Origin: Barthelona sp. PAP020
Lineage: Eukaryota
DNA length: 49,857 nucleotides
NCBI GenBank assembly: GCA_040182905.1
Contig: JARQWU010000045.1
Span: forward strand, 1-49,857
Reading direction: 5' to 3'
The notes below the pieces were generated by a model. It did not search any database. It saw only the letters and a program-made list of their open reading frames with translations, and was not told the DNA's origin. Below, in pieces: positions 40,001-49,857 of this stretch (position 1 is its first letter; the number at the start of each line of letters is the position of its first letter). The position numbers were made by a program, and so were the translations under genes.

Positions 40001-42018
40001 TCTATTGGTTTAAAATCATCAGAACAAACCTTTTCATAACGATTTACAATATCTTTCATACCATCCAATTTAATTGAAATGGTTTCAGAATTATCATCCA
40101 ATAAAATAATATTGAAATATTCTTGTGAACATTTATCATTTAAAAATTCATAATATGTATCAAATTCTTTCAAAATCAAATCGAATAATTCAGCAGAAAT
40201 ATGAATTTTTGATTGAAGTAATAATTTTTGAAATTTAGATTCTCTAATCAAACCATGATATTCTTGACGTAATTTCAAATCATTAGTTTTAGTTAATTTT
40301 GATGATTTTGCTAATTTTGGTAACTTTTTAACAGTATCATAATAAATTAAACTGTATAAAAATTCTGATTGTTCAGTGATATGTAATAATATTGAATTAA
40401 GACATTCAATACTTAGCTTATGTTTAAATAAACAATAAACAATATTGAATTCATATTTTTCAAAAATTAAATTGCAAATTTCATAAAAGTATGTGTTATT
40501 ATAATCAAATAAGGTCAACCAATGAGAAATAACATTAACATTCAAACTATCAAGCATCGAAAAAATAAATGCTAAACAAGCTCCATAATATTGAGAAGTA
40601 ATTCCTTTAGGTAAAATATAAAACTTTGAATTAAGATCATTGATAGTTAATTCTAACATTTCTTTGTTTAAATCAAGTTTATTATAATAGGCAAGCATAC
40701 AATGTGAAAATATTAGCCAAAAACAATTTACATTTTCCATAATATTTTCATCAATTGAACTTAATTCAATAATCTCATTATAATATGTATCAGGTAATGA
40801 TTTAAAGGCTTCTATTTCAACAGGAATAATAGGAGATGTTTCAGAAGGAAAAAAATAATATGGATATAATAAATCACAAAAGAATTTCAATTTTTCAATT
40901 TTTTCAAATTTTACCCAAAACTTTTCAAATGTTTCAATGTTTTGATCTTTTCTTAATTGAATTAAAGCTAATTCCATATCATAAACTTCTTTTTCATTTA
41001 AAATATTTATCACTTCTGAATCAACCAAAGAATTTTTCTTTAAAAATGCTAAAACAAATGTAGAATTTAAAAATATATTGTCTAATAAACATTTTTTGAT
41101 CAAAGAAATTGAATAAAATCCCAAAAGTACATTGCTTACTTCACATAACTTTGTGGTATCGTGTTTTAAAGCAAATTCAACGAACTTTACAATAAATTCA
41201 TCAGCTAAACCTTTATATTCCAAATTCAATAGCTCATAAATTAAAGAAACAGAAAAATTTAAAGATCTTTTAAAAATACGAACAAATAATTCATAACAAT
41301 CATCAAAACATTCATATCCAAACTTATTAATGAAATATTCAAGAATAAAACGTAAAAATACCTCAATAATCTCCATTTTACCACTAAATAAATTCAATTT
41401 GATAAAATCACTTTGAATATAGTCTGTTTTAACCATTAATAATATGGATAAATATAAAATAAAAGGCTTTGTTATTGCATTGCCATTCACATTAAAAACA
41501 TTCAAATAATCAATCAAAAATATGTCAAAAGAATCGTTTACAACTTTTTTGATTTTTTTAAAACTCTTTTCTAAGTTCACATTGATATAATTATCAAAAA
41601 TTATCTCAAACAATTTAAAAAAGCCACGAACTTGTTGTTTGCCATCAAGAATATGACAATGTTCAATAAAAATACAAAAACAGTCCAACAAAAATTTGTA
41701 AGTTTTTGCAGAAACTTTTTTGGGGAATTTTTCAGTAATAACATTTATAAAATTATATGTTGCATCTTCTCTTGATTTTAATAAAACTTTCAAAAATTCA
41801 ATCATCTGATTAAATGTTTCAGTTTCTTGATGTTTTTTAAAACAGTTAAACCACACAGAAATAGCAACATTTCCTTGCTCAAGAGTAAAAGTTTCATCAT
41901 TTAAACACTTATTCATGTGTTGAAAAAATGTAATTCTGTGATCAATAGTTCCAGAAATTGCAAGCTTACCTTGCTCTTTCAATTCTAAAGATAAATATTC
42001 TTCAGAATTAAAACTCAT
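34069..42018 (-). CDS. GCN1: GCN1 translational activator (HEAT-repeat protein, 2649 aa)
   Basis: Size plus conserved central motifs RLFEPYLVQLLP, LPEIMPDL..D....V, FSTSIDGASLSLLIPVL..GL, VPSVRE, ERIGSAQALSQII and APLIRIL. Confidence 0.88.
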   Translation of the reverse strand: MSFNSEEYLSLELKEQGKLAISGTIDHRITFFQHMNKCLNDETFTLEQGNVAISVWFNCFKKHQETETFNQMIEFLKVLLKSREDATYNFINVITEKFPKKVSAKTYKFLLDCFCIFIEHCHILDGKQQVRGFFKLFEIIFDNYINVNLEKSFKKIKKVVNDSFDIFLIDYLNVFNVNGNAITKPFILYLSILLMVKTDYIQSDFIKLNLFSGKMEIIEVFLRFILEYFINKFGYECFDDCYELFVRIFKRSLNFSVSLIYELLNLEYKGLADEFIVKFVEFALKHDTTKLCEVSNVLLGFYSISLIKKCLLDNIFLNSTFVLAFLKKNSLVDSEVINILNEKEVYDMELALIQLRKDQNIETFEKFWVKFEKIEKLKFFCDLLYPYYFFPSETSPIIPVEIEAFKSLPDTYYNEIIELSSIDENIMENVNCFWLIFSHCMLAYYNKLDLNKEMLELTINDLNSKFYILPKGITSQYYGACLAFIFSMLDSLNVNVISHWLTLFDYNNTYFYEICNLIFEKYEFNIVYCLFKHKLSIECLNSILLHITEQSEFLYSLIYYDTVKKLPKLAKSSKLTKTNDLKLRQEYHGLIRESKFQKLLLQSKIHISAELFDLILKEFDTYYEFLNDKCSQEYFNIILLDDNSETISIKLDGMKDIVNRYEKVCSDDFKPIDISKKHGKALERASILNFQDEKLKASKTQRDMLVAVEYEKLVEFDKILSEETLIRKEFNQQLNNFEIILNLIHCFINQFDDVIYGLYCQKFFKFFKFLKFGKITKLLNILENSLDVLFDRIDFKNVSKEIWFGGVDNKDKLTEFVDLNRDLTYHQFIFLIPIIIENIDTYGHIFDYFVRQLLEQLSKQDVIIILNMNKQLKLWFNELIFKILKNCYPSQIEHISMYLLTFKQWNYFEIFENLGIDVFMKANDQTKLVMIDCLMVSLENGYLPKGIKEEEYYLILKVFGYQEENVELSKRISLLNIKENEKTLLNERVINPYQQYNFGKEEYTSQGLMFILDFSKQYYDAEVFINSLPRFFKNYFLKKDDENLDNVFILVICHYFAILNEIFDNKQNWITIHNQTILRNTFKDNLKEYRQILIKILIEIIDETINKTIIEEWLSEPTFLQDMSGEVVLCCSELTAKMLKFAENDQEIYLSFRNSFEDLLQERIELVNVIDYETLHSDLPKQHQKSLINEYQRQLIIMDQGIVFFIRNLTELVINMHSEKDIRAIIQIFLINIILHDSIEIQRQLGLDLGRLLVEIKQQDNWKQCFNDLLELKEDLHKRGYSYIISGILKAIGPFSLKQLNIIDQLKDLIFEPINQENVQENVQENGQEPKRKLNKDENKHLIFLTLTESLSYCFNRLFEPYLVQLLPAIIELMSCSNNRMSQIILSISSRLITGLRPSGIKSILPIIKNAISRKEKSSRVRISCLNMLANMTLSNAKVMNKILPEIMPDLVDCVRDTNSSVSDTASKTLLSVSEAFTCTEIKESAPKLINALVRPAKYLFSTLETILHLSFSTSIDGASLSLLIPVLNSGLGDVNTTNKRMSCTIIGSIINISEHKDLDPYIDQILIKLYNTVQNSVPSVRETSSIALGQLVKRFKTKCDTLIIDGLYEGLVSTNPSERIGSAQALSQIIASQGLDELQMLWPKIVVSLKSQANNVVLGYLLLLTYLPDALQQKYSSYASKTFDLTLTVLSRSDIEIRKASILVANNIIERFGLVYRKHIVHSLLRVGMIDDHDTVRQHSFDILNYFINFILQLKQHDELKILDKEMDSMSSSMKHTKLQEIVKSSTKSMKELIPDYYDELIAMLFMGRNDVINNIASSATMIWKSVIANTPLTISQSLEYILRFYGRTLGERWNHHDELNDVSSYLKARVDVTCISECILRALTALGTNQKEKSLSMLFSLKKEVKNVIFAEMLNSLISKQSKEILELKGEEICDNLYELMIDPSLETRVSAGIAFSTLNLNGGYLIIAPTLSRLLNTVSIAELSQYATDSLTVILGENPSLSKQLVPQFLSSVTISSSMTLALLSTVAPIGIRQQLHKIVGRLIEASIPEESNSTTTLLVINETGQAILKNLSFILFEVSKTDLTTITIAMKKQIHSPSLTIQLAFCYVLIDFFDLIIEKGRGIVEFEAKLFGDYISNLLMLLKTDCEPLSIAIGEIFKRINQLIPKASIEHLDEIISTIQSLQLWSTAEGLYVEGFKYGVAMKELSEILFKPFIEAISAYQTTIARGIRYLILSSDIKNVPDRTNILKGCIAPLIRILSNPQRLELAVINEYLETVKIILQDSIKELKAFVSALNTLLPKLLLFEDRSVRDLSCQILIIAVPYIRKPNTILAQILCYAGYGQLIIENDFKIPSLYSSFSDPISKDVRFSIYNCVRLLLIELQTLDIDIEDSLINVLWNIVDSEIVSDNAEIRSVIAKIGGIVINYFDDEDSINDWFEEIIENYKESMNLGYISLINCVCVNEQIKADLLKIVINNALKGLKNLTNPDIQIGWLRAIPNICANEIVKKELFILQSNLLIQAVNMIVSDHTYVRETAFIAIRTILDKQSQDNSHDIIDDTLLPLFTQIIFTSLRHLKADQRYIANVVLYKLFRVDEDSDGLKVALNSTDGYLDSVLKNQIESYHSRTLETLEIEPLTISEFSPLNFV

Positions 42019-42277
42019 TTCGAATTAATTAAATGACAAAAAAAAAAGGGTAAAAAAGTCAAAATTTTCTTTTATTACCAGCACTTGATTGTTTAACAAT
42101 TGGTTTTGTTGTTTTGTTCTGTTTGTATATATATGATATATTGTCAATAATTATCAATTTAATCAAAATGAAAAATAAAATGTTTGAAATAACCGAATGT
42201 TTATAAACTACAATATAAACCAAAATAAATCGTCTGTAATCAAAAGTATTTGATATTTCGACTAAAATTGAAAGGAA

Positions 42278-43093
42278 TTAAGAAGTCCAATCGAAATCGC
42301 TGGTTTCTATTTTGAAATCATGTTTTTTGATCGGCTTAGATTGCTTTTCTTTTACTTGTTCTTCACTCAAAATCTTAACAAAGGGTTTATCATTGGATTT
42401 TTTGTCGAACTTCAAGGTTGGAATTTTGAGTTCCATCTCACTTGATGATTGTGTTGAATATATTACTTCTTTAGAAACTAAATTTTTGATTTTTTCAGCC
42501 AACGTTTTTTCTTTAGTTGTTTCTAATACGTTTTCCTTGTTTGTAAACACACCTATTTGGGTTTTTTTTTCTGCTAATACCAGTGCTTCTTCCAAATTTG
42601 ATTCAATAATGGGCAATTCGTTTGAGACTGTGATTGAATCTGCTGTTTCTGTAATTTTTTCTTTTGACTCATCACCCATAAGCTCAACATCTGCTATTTT
42701 TTCAGATACATTTGATTCAATGTGTATATTAGCACCATTATCACTCATCACATCAACAGAACTTTTTTCCACCGCCTTTTGAGCAGTTTCATCTGAAACA
42801 TAATTTTGCATTTTTTCATTGTTGTTAAAACAATTATCAACACGATATTGACTTTCTTTCTTTTGTTTCATTGAACCAATTGTTTTTTGTTTTTCATCAA
42901 GATTGAAGAAAGCTTTGAATACTAGTTGCCAATCTTCATCAAGACTTTTGATGTGGTTTTTGAATTCAATATCAAATTCCTTGTTTGAATTATTATTTTT
43001 TTCAAACCATTGTAAACATTGTTTTCGATAGTTTGCACATTCAGATAAAATGATTTGTTGATCGTCTTCGGATAAAAAAGAGTAATCAACCAT
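42278..43093 (-). CDS. Hypothetical acidic protein (271 aa)
   Basis: ATG-initiated ORF filling the interval; no domain recognised. Confidence 0.65.
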   Translation of the reverse strand: MVDYSFLSEDDQQIILSECANYRKQCLQWFEKNNNSNKEFDIEFKNHIKSLDEDWQLVFKAFFNLDEKQKTIGSMKQKKESQYRVDNCFNNNEKMQNYVSDETAQKAVEKSSVDVMSDNGANIHIESNVSEKIADVELMGDESKEKITETADSITVSNELPIIESNLEEALVLAEKKTQIGVFTNKENVLETTKEKTLAEKIKNLVSKEVIYSTQSSSEMELKIPTLKFDKKSNDKPFVKILSEEQVKEKQSKPIKKHDFKIETSDFDWTS

Positions 43094-43169
43094 TTGATGG
43101 GTTAAATAAAAGAATTGAGAGCAATCAGAGGCTTTTTATTGGAATCAATTTTTTTTTTAAGTTTTTATT

Positions 43170-43487
43170 ATGAATGAAATAATCACATCCGATTTGGCCC
43201 AAAGTATTGATGAACCAATTAAAAATTGTAATGAAGTTTTGAATGAAGTTAAAATTTCTCAAGACAATTTATTGAAAGAAATGGACCTTTTAGAAGAAAA
43301 ATTGATGGAAATAAAGCATTTTGAAATGATTAATATTCAAGAATATATTGAATTAATAAAAAATTTAAGAAACAAAACGAACAAATTAGAACAAAAAGTT
43401 ATTCAAACTCAAAGTAATGTAGAAACAACAAAAAATCGTGCAAATATTTATTTAAAATCTTTATTTGATAAAAGAAATCAACATTAA
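43170..43487 (+). CDS. Snapin/Pallidin-family coiled-coil protein (BLOC-1/BORC subunit-like)
   Basis: 105 aa; the pattern P...C...L.EVKISQ..L...MD.L...L....I..YI..I...R resembles Snapin (AVRESQ..L...ID.L...LDPYV.KL...R). Confidence 0.6.
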   Translation: MNEIITSDLAQSIDEPIKNCNEVLNEVKISQDNLLKEMDLLEEKLMEIKHFEMINIQEYIELIKNLRNKTNKLEQKVIQTQSNVETTKNRANIYLKSLFDKRNQH

Positions 43488-43520
43488 TACAATATATATA
43501 CATAAATATTTTTTTTAAAT

Positions 43521-45707
43521 TTACAAAAGTTTATTTTTTCTCAACAAATGGACTGTTTGACCATCTTTAATTCGTATTCTTTTATTTTTTAAAATTTTTA
43601 ACAATTTTTCAATCACAAATATGTATTTATTCAACTGATCATTTGAAACATTCTTAAAAGTTTCAACTTCTTCCTTATATTTATTTAATTGTAAATCTCT
43701 GAAAATTAGCCACCTTTTGTACTTTTCAATTCTTTCTTCATATTGAATTCTTTCTTTTCTCAGCAATTTTTCAGCAGCTTCAATTTTTTTTTCAATTTGA
43801 TTGTCCATATTTTTTGTTGTGTCCATCATATATCTAGTCTGAGAAACGTTTGTTTCGGGTAATATCCTTGATGTATTTAATTTTGTTTGTGAACGTTTTG
43901 TTATTCCAAAAGTTTCATTCATTTCGTTTAATTTGCTTTCAAGGCGTATTTTTGAAGTTGCTTGCAAATCTATGATTTTTTGTTGTTGGCTGTTCTTGGA
44001 AACTTCCAATTGGGTTTCAAATTCAACTTTTTGTTGAAAATTCTTGTGTTTCAGTTCGTTTATAGTTTCTTGAAGCTTATTCATTTTGAGCAATAATTCC
44101 CTTTTTTGTTTATTGTTTTCCAATTTCATCTGCTGAATTTTGATTTCTTGTTCTTTTACAATTTCTGCATCTATTTCGTCATTCAAGAGCTTAGCCATTG
44201 CAGTCATAGGTCTAGCATCAAAAGAACCAGTCTGAAAAGAACTAGAGCAAAAAGAACCAGCAGAATTAGTTAAATTTTGAAAAAGATTGTTTTTTGATTG
44301 ATTCTTCACACTATTCATGGCAGTACTTGGTCTTTCCAATGACAAAATATTTTGTTCTGTGGGATTTTCCATCCTTTTACCATCTTTTAACTCTAAAATC
44401 TTCTGATTTGCTTCATTTAATTGTTCTTTCAAATGACTCACTTGACTTTGAAGTTCCTTTATATAATTATCAGCTTGTTCCGATGAAACACTGTTAAAAT
44501 TAATTTTTGGATAGTTTTTAATTGAACTACATTGAAAACTAAAAGATAACGTAGATAAGCATTCATTTGTAAATGATTCATGTGGATGTAAATGTGCTAA
44601 TAATCTGGTATATGAATTTCCTGCCAATGAACTTTGTAAAATACGTGTCAACTTACTTTCACGGAAAGGGATATGATCTTTATTGGTAGTCAAATGCAAT
44701 ATTACCTTTCCAAGAATACTTAACGACTTATTTATAGACATTGCTTCAGCAGCACGTAATCCTTCGACTTTTGATTGAGATAATCGTTCAGATCCTGCAA
44801 GATCAACAAAATTGATTTTAGAGAATCTTGATTCATTTCCAGATTTGGATGTTTGCATCAAATACAGAGAAAACACTGTGTGGGATCTTGAAGAATGTTC
44901 ATTCATTGCAGTTCCAAATGTTTTTCGATGTGTCAAACCAGAATTAATTAAATGCTCTACATCTTTTGAGCAATACAATGGAATAATACTCAAATCATTG
45001 ACAAAGACTTCACCATCCATCGATCTAATGTCAAGATTTTGATTTTTTGCCAAACTTTTTGATTTACCAATATTTTTTGGACGCAAAGGAATAACTTTAT
45101 TGTTTAGATGAGGTTGCAACAATAATTCACTAACTCTATGGGAACCCCAATCTTCAATTGAACAATTAGAAAAAGATCTTTCATATTCTTCACTATTTGA
45201 AAGAATATTGTTACTGATTAAATGTGTTTCAGCTGGAAATTCCTCATTCGTCGAATAAATACCCAAATCATTTATATTTTCCAAATATATTTCCATAAAA
45301 CTTCCAAATATTTGGTAATTTTTATAAACAACCAACGAATTCAATTTGGAAAAAATATATTCAATCGATAAGCTAATAATACCTCTTGTCGGCTCTGATT
45401 CACCAAACAAAGAGTAACTTTTACCTGCACTTGTTTGTCCAAAACAAAATATACAACTATTATATCCTTCTAAAAAATGATCAACCAAAGGTTTGGCACA
45501 TTCATTAAACACAGTTTTTTGATCACTTTCTGGAGGAAAAATACGATCAAATTTATATTTTCTATCTGTAGTTTCGTTTTCATCATAAATAGAAATGATT
45601 TCAGGGTTGTGCTTAGGTTCGAAATTTGTAATTGGAAGACTTCCATCATAATTCGGTCTGCATCTTATATATGTTTTAACTGTTTCAGAATCAGCTAAAT
45701 CACTCAT
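43521..45707 (-). CDS. Kinesin motor protein (N-terminal motor, coiled-coil tail)
   Basis: YIRCRP, FDRIF, FGQTSAGKS (P-loop), SFMEIYLE, MNEHSSRSH, VDLAGSER and HIPFRESKLTRILQSSLAGN. Confidence 0.95.
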   Translation of the reverse strand: MSDLADSETVKTYIRCRPNYDGSLPITNFEPKHNPEIISIYDENETTDRKYKFDRIFPPESDQKTVFNECAKPLVDHFLEGYNSCIFCFGQTSAGKSYSLFGESEPTRGIISLSIEYIFSKLNSLVVYKNYQIFGSFMEIYLENINDLGIYSTNEEFPAETHLISNNILSNSEEYERSFSNCSIEDWGSHRVSELLLQPHLNNKVIPLRPKNIGKSKSLAKNQNLDIRSMDGEVFVNDLSIIPLYCSKDVEHLINSGLTHRKTFGTAMNEHSSRSHTVFSLYLMQTSKSGNESRFSKINFVDLAGSERLSQSKVEGLRAAEAMSINKSLSILGKVILHLTTNKDHIPFRESKLTRILQSSLAGNSYTRLLAHLHPHESFTNECLSTLSFSFQCSSIKNYPKINFNSVSSEQADNYIKELQSQVSHLKEQLNEANQKILELKDGKRMENPTEQNILSLERPSTAMNSVKNQSKNNLFQNLTNSAGSFCSSSFQTGSFDARPMTAMAKLLNDEIDAEIVKEQEIKIQQMKLENNKQKRELLLKMNKLQETINELKHKNFQQKVEFETQLEVSKNSQQQKIIDLQATSKIRLESKLNEMNETFGITKRSQTKLNTSRILPETNVSQTRYMMDTTKNMDNQIEKKIEAAEKLLRKERIQYEERIEKYKRWLIFRDLQLNKYKEEVETFKNVSNDQLNKYIFVIEKLLKILKNKRIRIKDGQTVHLLRKNKLL

Positions 45708-46276
45708 CTAACATGAACAATTATTGAAAAACAAATTTCAATGAAACTTTAGAATTTATTTTTCGCTTTTCCTACCTTTCAAACTTCACAAAAACATTGT
45801 TTCAAACACTTATTTTTCTTTAAATTATATAAAATTATCTTTTATCAAAAAAGAATGAAATTGAAAAAAAACCATTCAATCCAATTCTTCGTGTCAAGTC
45901 TTCTTTTCGATGTTTAGTGAATAGTGTTTTTTTTTAAATGAATAGTTAGTTGTTTTCTTCAATTTCAAAAAATGCTGCTCTAAATCCATTTCATTTTGCC
46001 CTCATAATCAACCTGAGAAGTATTAAATTTTCATTCATTTGCTAATAAAAATGGCACAAAAGAATTATTTTTACATTTATTAAAAGAAAAAATCAAGATA
46101 TATTGTTTATCTTCTAAAGGAATAGTTTTCGGTATGAATGAGCACTTTTCACCTGATAGAATAAAGTCTAATAGTACTGAAGAATCAGAGGGACAAATAA
46201 TGAAAGAGAAGAACAGAAAGTTTTAAAAAAAATGATATTTTTGCAAAGACAATGTTTCAAAAAATCATCATAACTC

Positions 46277-47449
46277 TCAATCATCATCATCATCATTTTC
46301 ATCATTTTGTTCAATAACAAATTCATGCATATTTCCACCATTATTTTTGTTTATATTGATCAAATCCCAGCATTTATTGACAATTTTATCATATTCTTCC
46401 TGATTCATACAAAGGCCTGCACCAATTAATTGACGAATGATACCAAAATTTACATGAAAAGAAAAAAGACTTGATAAAACATGAACGCAATTTTTAGATA
46501 ATTCAATGAGTTTGGATTGATAAAAAGAGTCACAACTATGAACAATAGAATACAATCTAATTGTTTTATTAACACACCTTCCACAAGCTATTTGTTTCAT
46601 GCAAGGTGAAATGGCAAGCGAAAAATGGGAATCGAAACCACAATAGATCCTTTGAATCTCATTAAAATTCTTCATATCAAATGATGTAATATATCCATCA
46701 CCCGATGAGACAAGAAGAACATTGGATGTCAAGAAACAAAGTGACCACACATATACATCCATGTCAAACATATGAATAAGTGATCCGTTGTCCATATTCC
46801 AAAGCTTTACTTTGTTTGAAAGACTACCAGCAACAATAATTCTTTCAGTTGGATGAAAGTCAATGGCTTTGACACAACTATCATGATCAAAAGAACGAAT
46901 AAGAGTCAGATTAACAGCATCAATCAACATGACAGTCTTGTTACCATTTCCAACCAAAATATAATCACCATTGGATGAAAGTTTCAATCTCCAAATCACC
47001 CAAGCATGAAGCTTTGTTTCAAAAGCAACATTACAACTTTTAATATCCCACTTTTTAAGACTTCCATGATCATCACCGGAAAATATATAACGAGAACAAT
47101 GAGAAAAGCAAATGCTATTAATATAGGAATCATTTGTCCATTTGCTTAAAATGGAAAAATTTTGGAGACTATAAACAATTATAGACTTATCATAGGAGCA
47201 TGTAGCGAACATTAGTCCATCCTTTGAAAAAGTAACATCTTCAACATTCGTTGAATGATCTTTCAAAACGCGAATTAACTTTCTTGTTCGCGTATCCATC
47301 AAATAAACAGCACCATCATTCCTTCCAATCACCAAATATTCGCCATTTGGCGAATATCTGCCAACATTCATTGAACTAACTTCAATTTCTCCAAAATTCG
47401 TTTCATCAATTTTCCATTGGAGCATATCATAAATATTATTCTCTGACAT
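46277..47449 (-). CDS. WD40-repeat protein (probable start MSENNIY at 47449)
   Basis: Repeats such as HSTNVEDVTFSKDG..FATCSYDKSIIVY, SGDDHGSLKKWD and AGSLSNKVKLWN. Confidence 0.88.
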   Translation of the reverse strand: MSENNIYDMLQWKIDETNFGEIEVSSMNVGRYSPNGEYLVIGRNDGAVYLMDTRTRKLIRVLKDHSTNVEDVTFSKDGLMFATCSYDKSIIVYSLQNFSILSKWTNDSYINSICFSHCSRYIFSGDDHGSLKKWDIKSCNVAFETKLHAWVIWRLKLSSNGDYILVGNGNKTVMLIDAVNLTLIRSFDHDSCVKAIDFHPTERIIVAGSLSNKVKLWNMDNGSLIHMFDMDVYVWSLCFLTSNVLLVSSGDGYITSFDMKNFNEIQRIYCGFDSHFSLAISPCMKQIACGRCVNKTIRLYSIVHSCDSFYQSKLIELSKNCVHVLSSLFSFHVNFGIIRQLIGAGLCMNQEEYDKIVNKCWDLININKNNGGNMHEFVIEQNDENDDDDD

Positions 47450-47978
47450 ATGTTTAATCAATTAATGATACATTTGACTCCTGTAGACCGAAAGAGTTAA
47501 CCTCTGACTCTGAGATTCACAGACACAAATTTAAACATCTAACTCATGTAATAATGTTAACACAATTCATTGTATCCTTTTAAACCGAATATTTTTGTGC
47601 AACAAAAAAAACAGTTTTTTACGCTTGATTCACCAAAGAACAGTAGACAAAGGACAATTATGACAATGAAAAAGCCTTCAAAAACTGTATAACATCTTGT
47701 TTAAAAGAAGAATCATCAACATAAAATTGTACCCTTTTCAAAGAAAACATCCTTTTTGTTTTTATATCATCAATACACCCTTTGATATCGGTTTTTTTCC
47801 TCATATAATATCTATCTTGTTTTGATGAGCAAATATTAGCCTTCTGGCTAAAATCAGTTCTTCAACTTTTTTTTTTTCCTTTAAAATGTTCCAAAAAAAA
47901 CTTTTTCTGTGCAATTCTACTTTATTGCATGCGAATCAAAACTGTTGATAGAAAAAAAAAGGAAAAAAGTGAACTGTT

Positions 47979-49454
47979 TTACAACACTTCTGAGGCAAGT
48001 CTATGTCTTTCTAATGATGAAAAATCTTGGCTTTTATTTGTTAAAACTAACCAAAAGCTCTTTCCGCTATCAAAATCATCAATAGCCAATAATTGGTTTA
48101 AAAAACGATCAACAGACATTTCTTTGATAAATTTTCCATACTGTTCATCATCAAAGGCAGAATCTTCACTATATATTATATTTGCTTTGTGACTGATGTT
48201 CAAACAAGATAATTCATAAATTTCTTCTAATTTGGTTGTGACATCACCAAAAGTTGATAGTGATAAATTTAAAACATTTAATTCAATCAAATTTCTTGAA
48301 CATACTGGACATTTTGGATTTGGTAAAGCAGGACGTATTGTATTTATTAAACGACTGTCACCCGGTTTATAAGTTTTTAAATAAGTACAAAATTCTTCCT
48401 CATTGTTCAAAATTTTCAATAATTCATCCATAGCAAACGCTGACACCAATGCATTTGTCGTTGACAATGCTGGAATGATGTTACCAATGATTTGCTGAAT
48501 ATCAAAAGGTGAAATGACATCAATATTAAAACAAATACATCTCATATAAGTCAATCCAATAATAAACCACATTATTGAGGGAATATCTTTGTCAAATGCT
48601 AAATCTTTTGAAAAATCAAAAAGCTCCCTGAGTTTATTAAATCCGTACCACAAATATTGAAAAGCTTCTTCAAACGATAAATTATTTTGCACCAAAGGAT
48701 ATGGTGGATCTTGAATATTGTGTTCAGAAGTATGTATTATATTCATATCAATTGGTGACGGCTTCTTTTCATTGGTTTTTTCATAACTATTTAATTTGAG
48801 CAATTCAAGTATATCGTTAACAAATAACTGTTCAATTAATTGCGCAATATTCATTTCTAAACTAATTTTTGAGATTTCTTCCATTTCTTTGTCTTGTTCC
48901 TTTGAAAACAATTGTTGAAATATACTTTTTGCCCATACAATACAATGAATTGGTTTGGTTGGTGTCTTTCTTATCGTACAAACTGGATATTGTTTGGGTG
49001 CAGGTTTATCTCTACAGGCAAAACATTCAGTTTTTGTTGGTATAATTGTAATTGATTGACCCAATGACCCGGAACTACCAACATCAATCAATGGAATTTT
49101 CAATGCAACACATTGAATATTCACATATTGTCTTGAATCAAAATTATCAAGAGCATTCAAAACCACGTCAAATTTTTTCCAATCATAAAAAGATAAACAA
49201 TCTTCAATCTTATCATGAAAATATTGATAGTTTAAAGAAAACTTTTTGTTTATTACTTCCACCGCTACTTGTGCTTTGGGCATTCCAACATGCTCTTTTT
49301 TGAATAAAAATTGTCGATTAAGATTTGATTCGTCAATTGTATCAAGGTCAACGGTGCAAACATTTTTAAATCCTAACATTGCCAGATTTTTCAATATTTC
49401 ACATCCAATCCCACCCGATCCTACAACTAGAAGTTGTTTTTCGAAAATATTCAT
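47979..49454 (-). CDS. UBA2: SUMO-activating enzyme subunit 2 (UBA2/SAE2)
   Basis: VVGSGGIGCEILKNL, DLDTIDESNLNRQFLF, NALDN, CFAC, the catalytic YPVCTIRKTPTKPIHCIVWAK, FDKD, GNIIPALSTTNA and PNPKCPVC. Confidence 0.92.
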   Translation of the reverse strand: MNIFEKQLLVVGSGGIGCEILKNLAMLGFKNVCTVDLDTIDESNLNRQFLFKKEHVGMPKAQVAVEVINKKFSLNYQYFHDKIEDCLSFYDWKKFDVVLNALDNFDSRQYVNIQCVALKIPLIDVGSSGSLGQSITIIPTKTECFACRDKPAPKQYPVCTIRKTPTKPIHCIVWAKSIFQQLFSKEQDKEMEEISKISLEMNIAQLIEQLFVNDILELLKLNSYEKTNEKKPSPIDMNIIHTSEHNIQDPPYPLVQNNLSFEEAFQYLWYGFNKLRELFDFSKDLAFDKDIPSIMWFIIGLTYMRCICFNIDVISPFDIQQIIGNIIPALSTTNALVSAFAMDELLKILNNEEEFCTYLKTYKPGDSRLINTIRPALPNPKCPVCSRNLIELNVLNLSLSTFGDVTTKLEEIYELSCLNISHKANIIYSEDSAFDDEQYGKFIKEMSVDRFLNQLLAIDDFDSGKSFWLVLTNKSQDFSSLERHRLASEVL

Positions 49455-49857
49455 TGAAAAAAAATAGGATAATCTATTGTTATAACAATATTCATTGACA
49501 CTTTTGCTTTATAATAATTATAATGACAAAAAATTACTATTTAAAACAATTGATGATGCTTGTAAAATTGTAATTGCAAATAATACACCTTCCAAAAGAA
49601 TTCTGCTGACAATAAATCAAAATGCTCGAAACAAAAAAAAAAGAATTGTCATTTTTTTATTTCAAAAAAGAACAAAAAGTTTGAATCACAAACATAAGAT
49701 CTGTTTCAGTCACAGTATTATCAAACGCTATAGATGATTTGTCCTATGGATATGGAGAAAATTGAATGATTTTATCTATTCTGTGTCTTAAACGTTCAAT
49801 GAAACCATCCATTTCGAAAGAATCAAGTCTGCTAATAACATTACTCATTGAATTGAC

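Noticed and set aside
49640..49857. Possible 3' end of a minus-strand gene at the right edge
   Set aside because: The frame is interrupted by TAG and has no recognisable motif; too little sequence is available to support a call.

Overview
AT-rich, gene-dense eukaryotic DNA in the standard genetic code, with short intergenic spacers and tiny (35-38 nt) GT-AG spliceosomal introns. It most likely comes from an anaerobic or microaerophilic protist; a metamonad-like lineage is an inference only. Housekeeping genes: calmodulin, RPS28, SmD3, eIF4A-III, Beclin/ATG6, a ubiquitin E2, NOT3/5, GCN1, Snapin-like, a kinesin, a WD40 protein, UBA2 and tRNA-Ala(AGC). Four items stand out. (1) An apparently intact ~4.2 kb tyrosine-recombinase (DIRS-type) retroelement has a Gag-like region, RT, RNase H and tyrosine recombinase fused in ONE 1280-aa ORF, is bounded only by short imperfect inverted repeats and hairpins, and sits just downstream of a tRNA gene. 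(2) A flavodoxin domain is fused to a pyruvate formate-lyase activating enzyme (radical SAM). (3) There are two paralogous kinase-ankyrin genes; one has recently amplified, surface-variable ankyrin units and is bracketed by ~320-bp inverted copies of a repeat. (4) The RPS28 intron is unusually long and may host an ncRNA. All calls come from reading motifs by eye; no searches were run.
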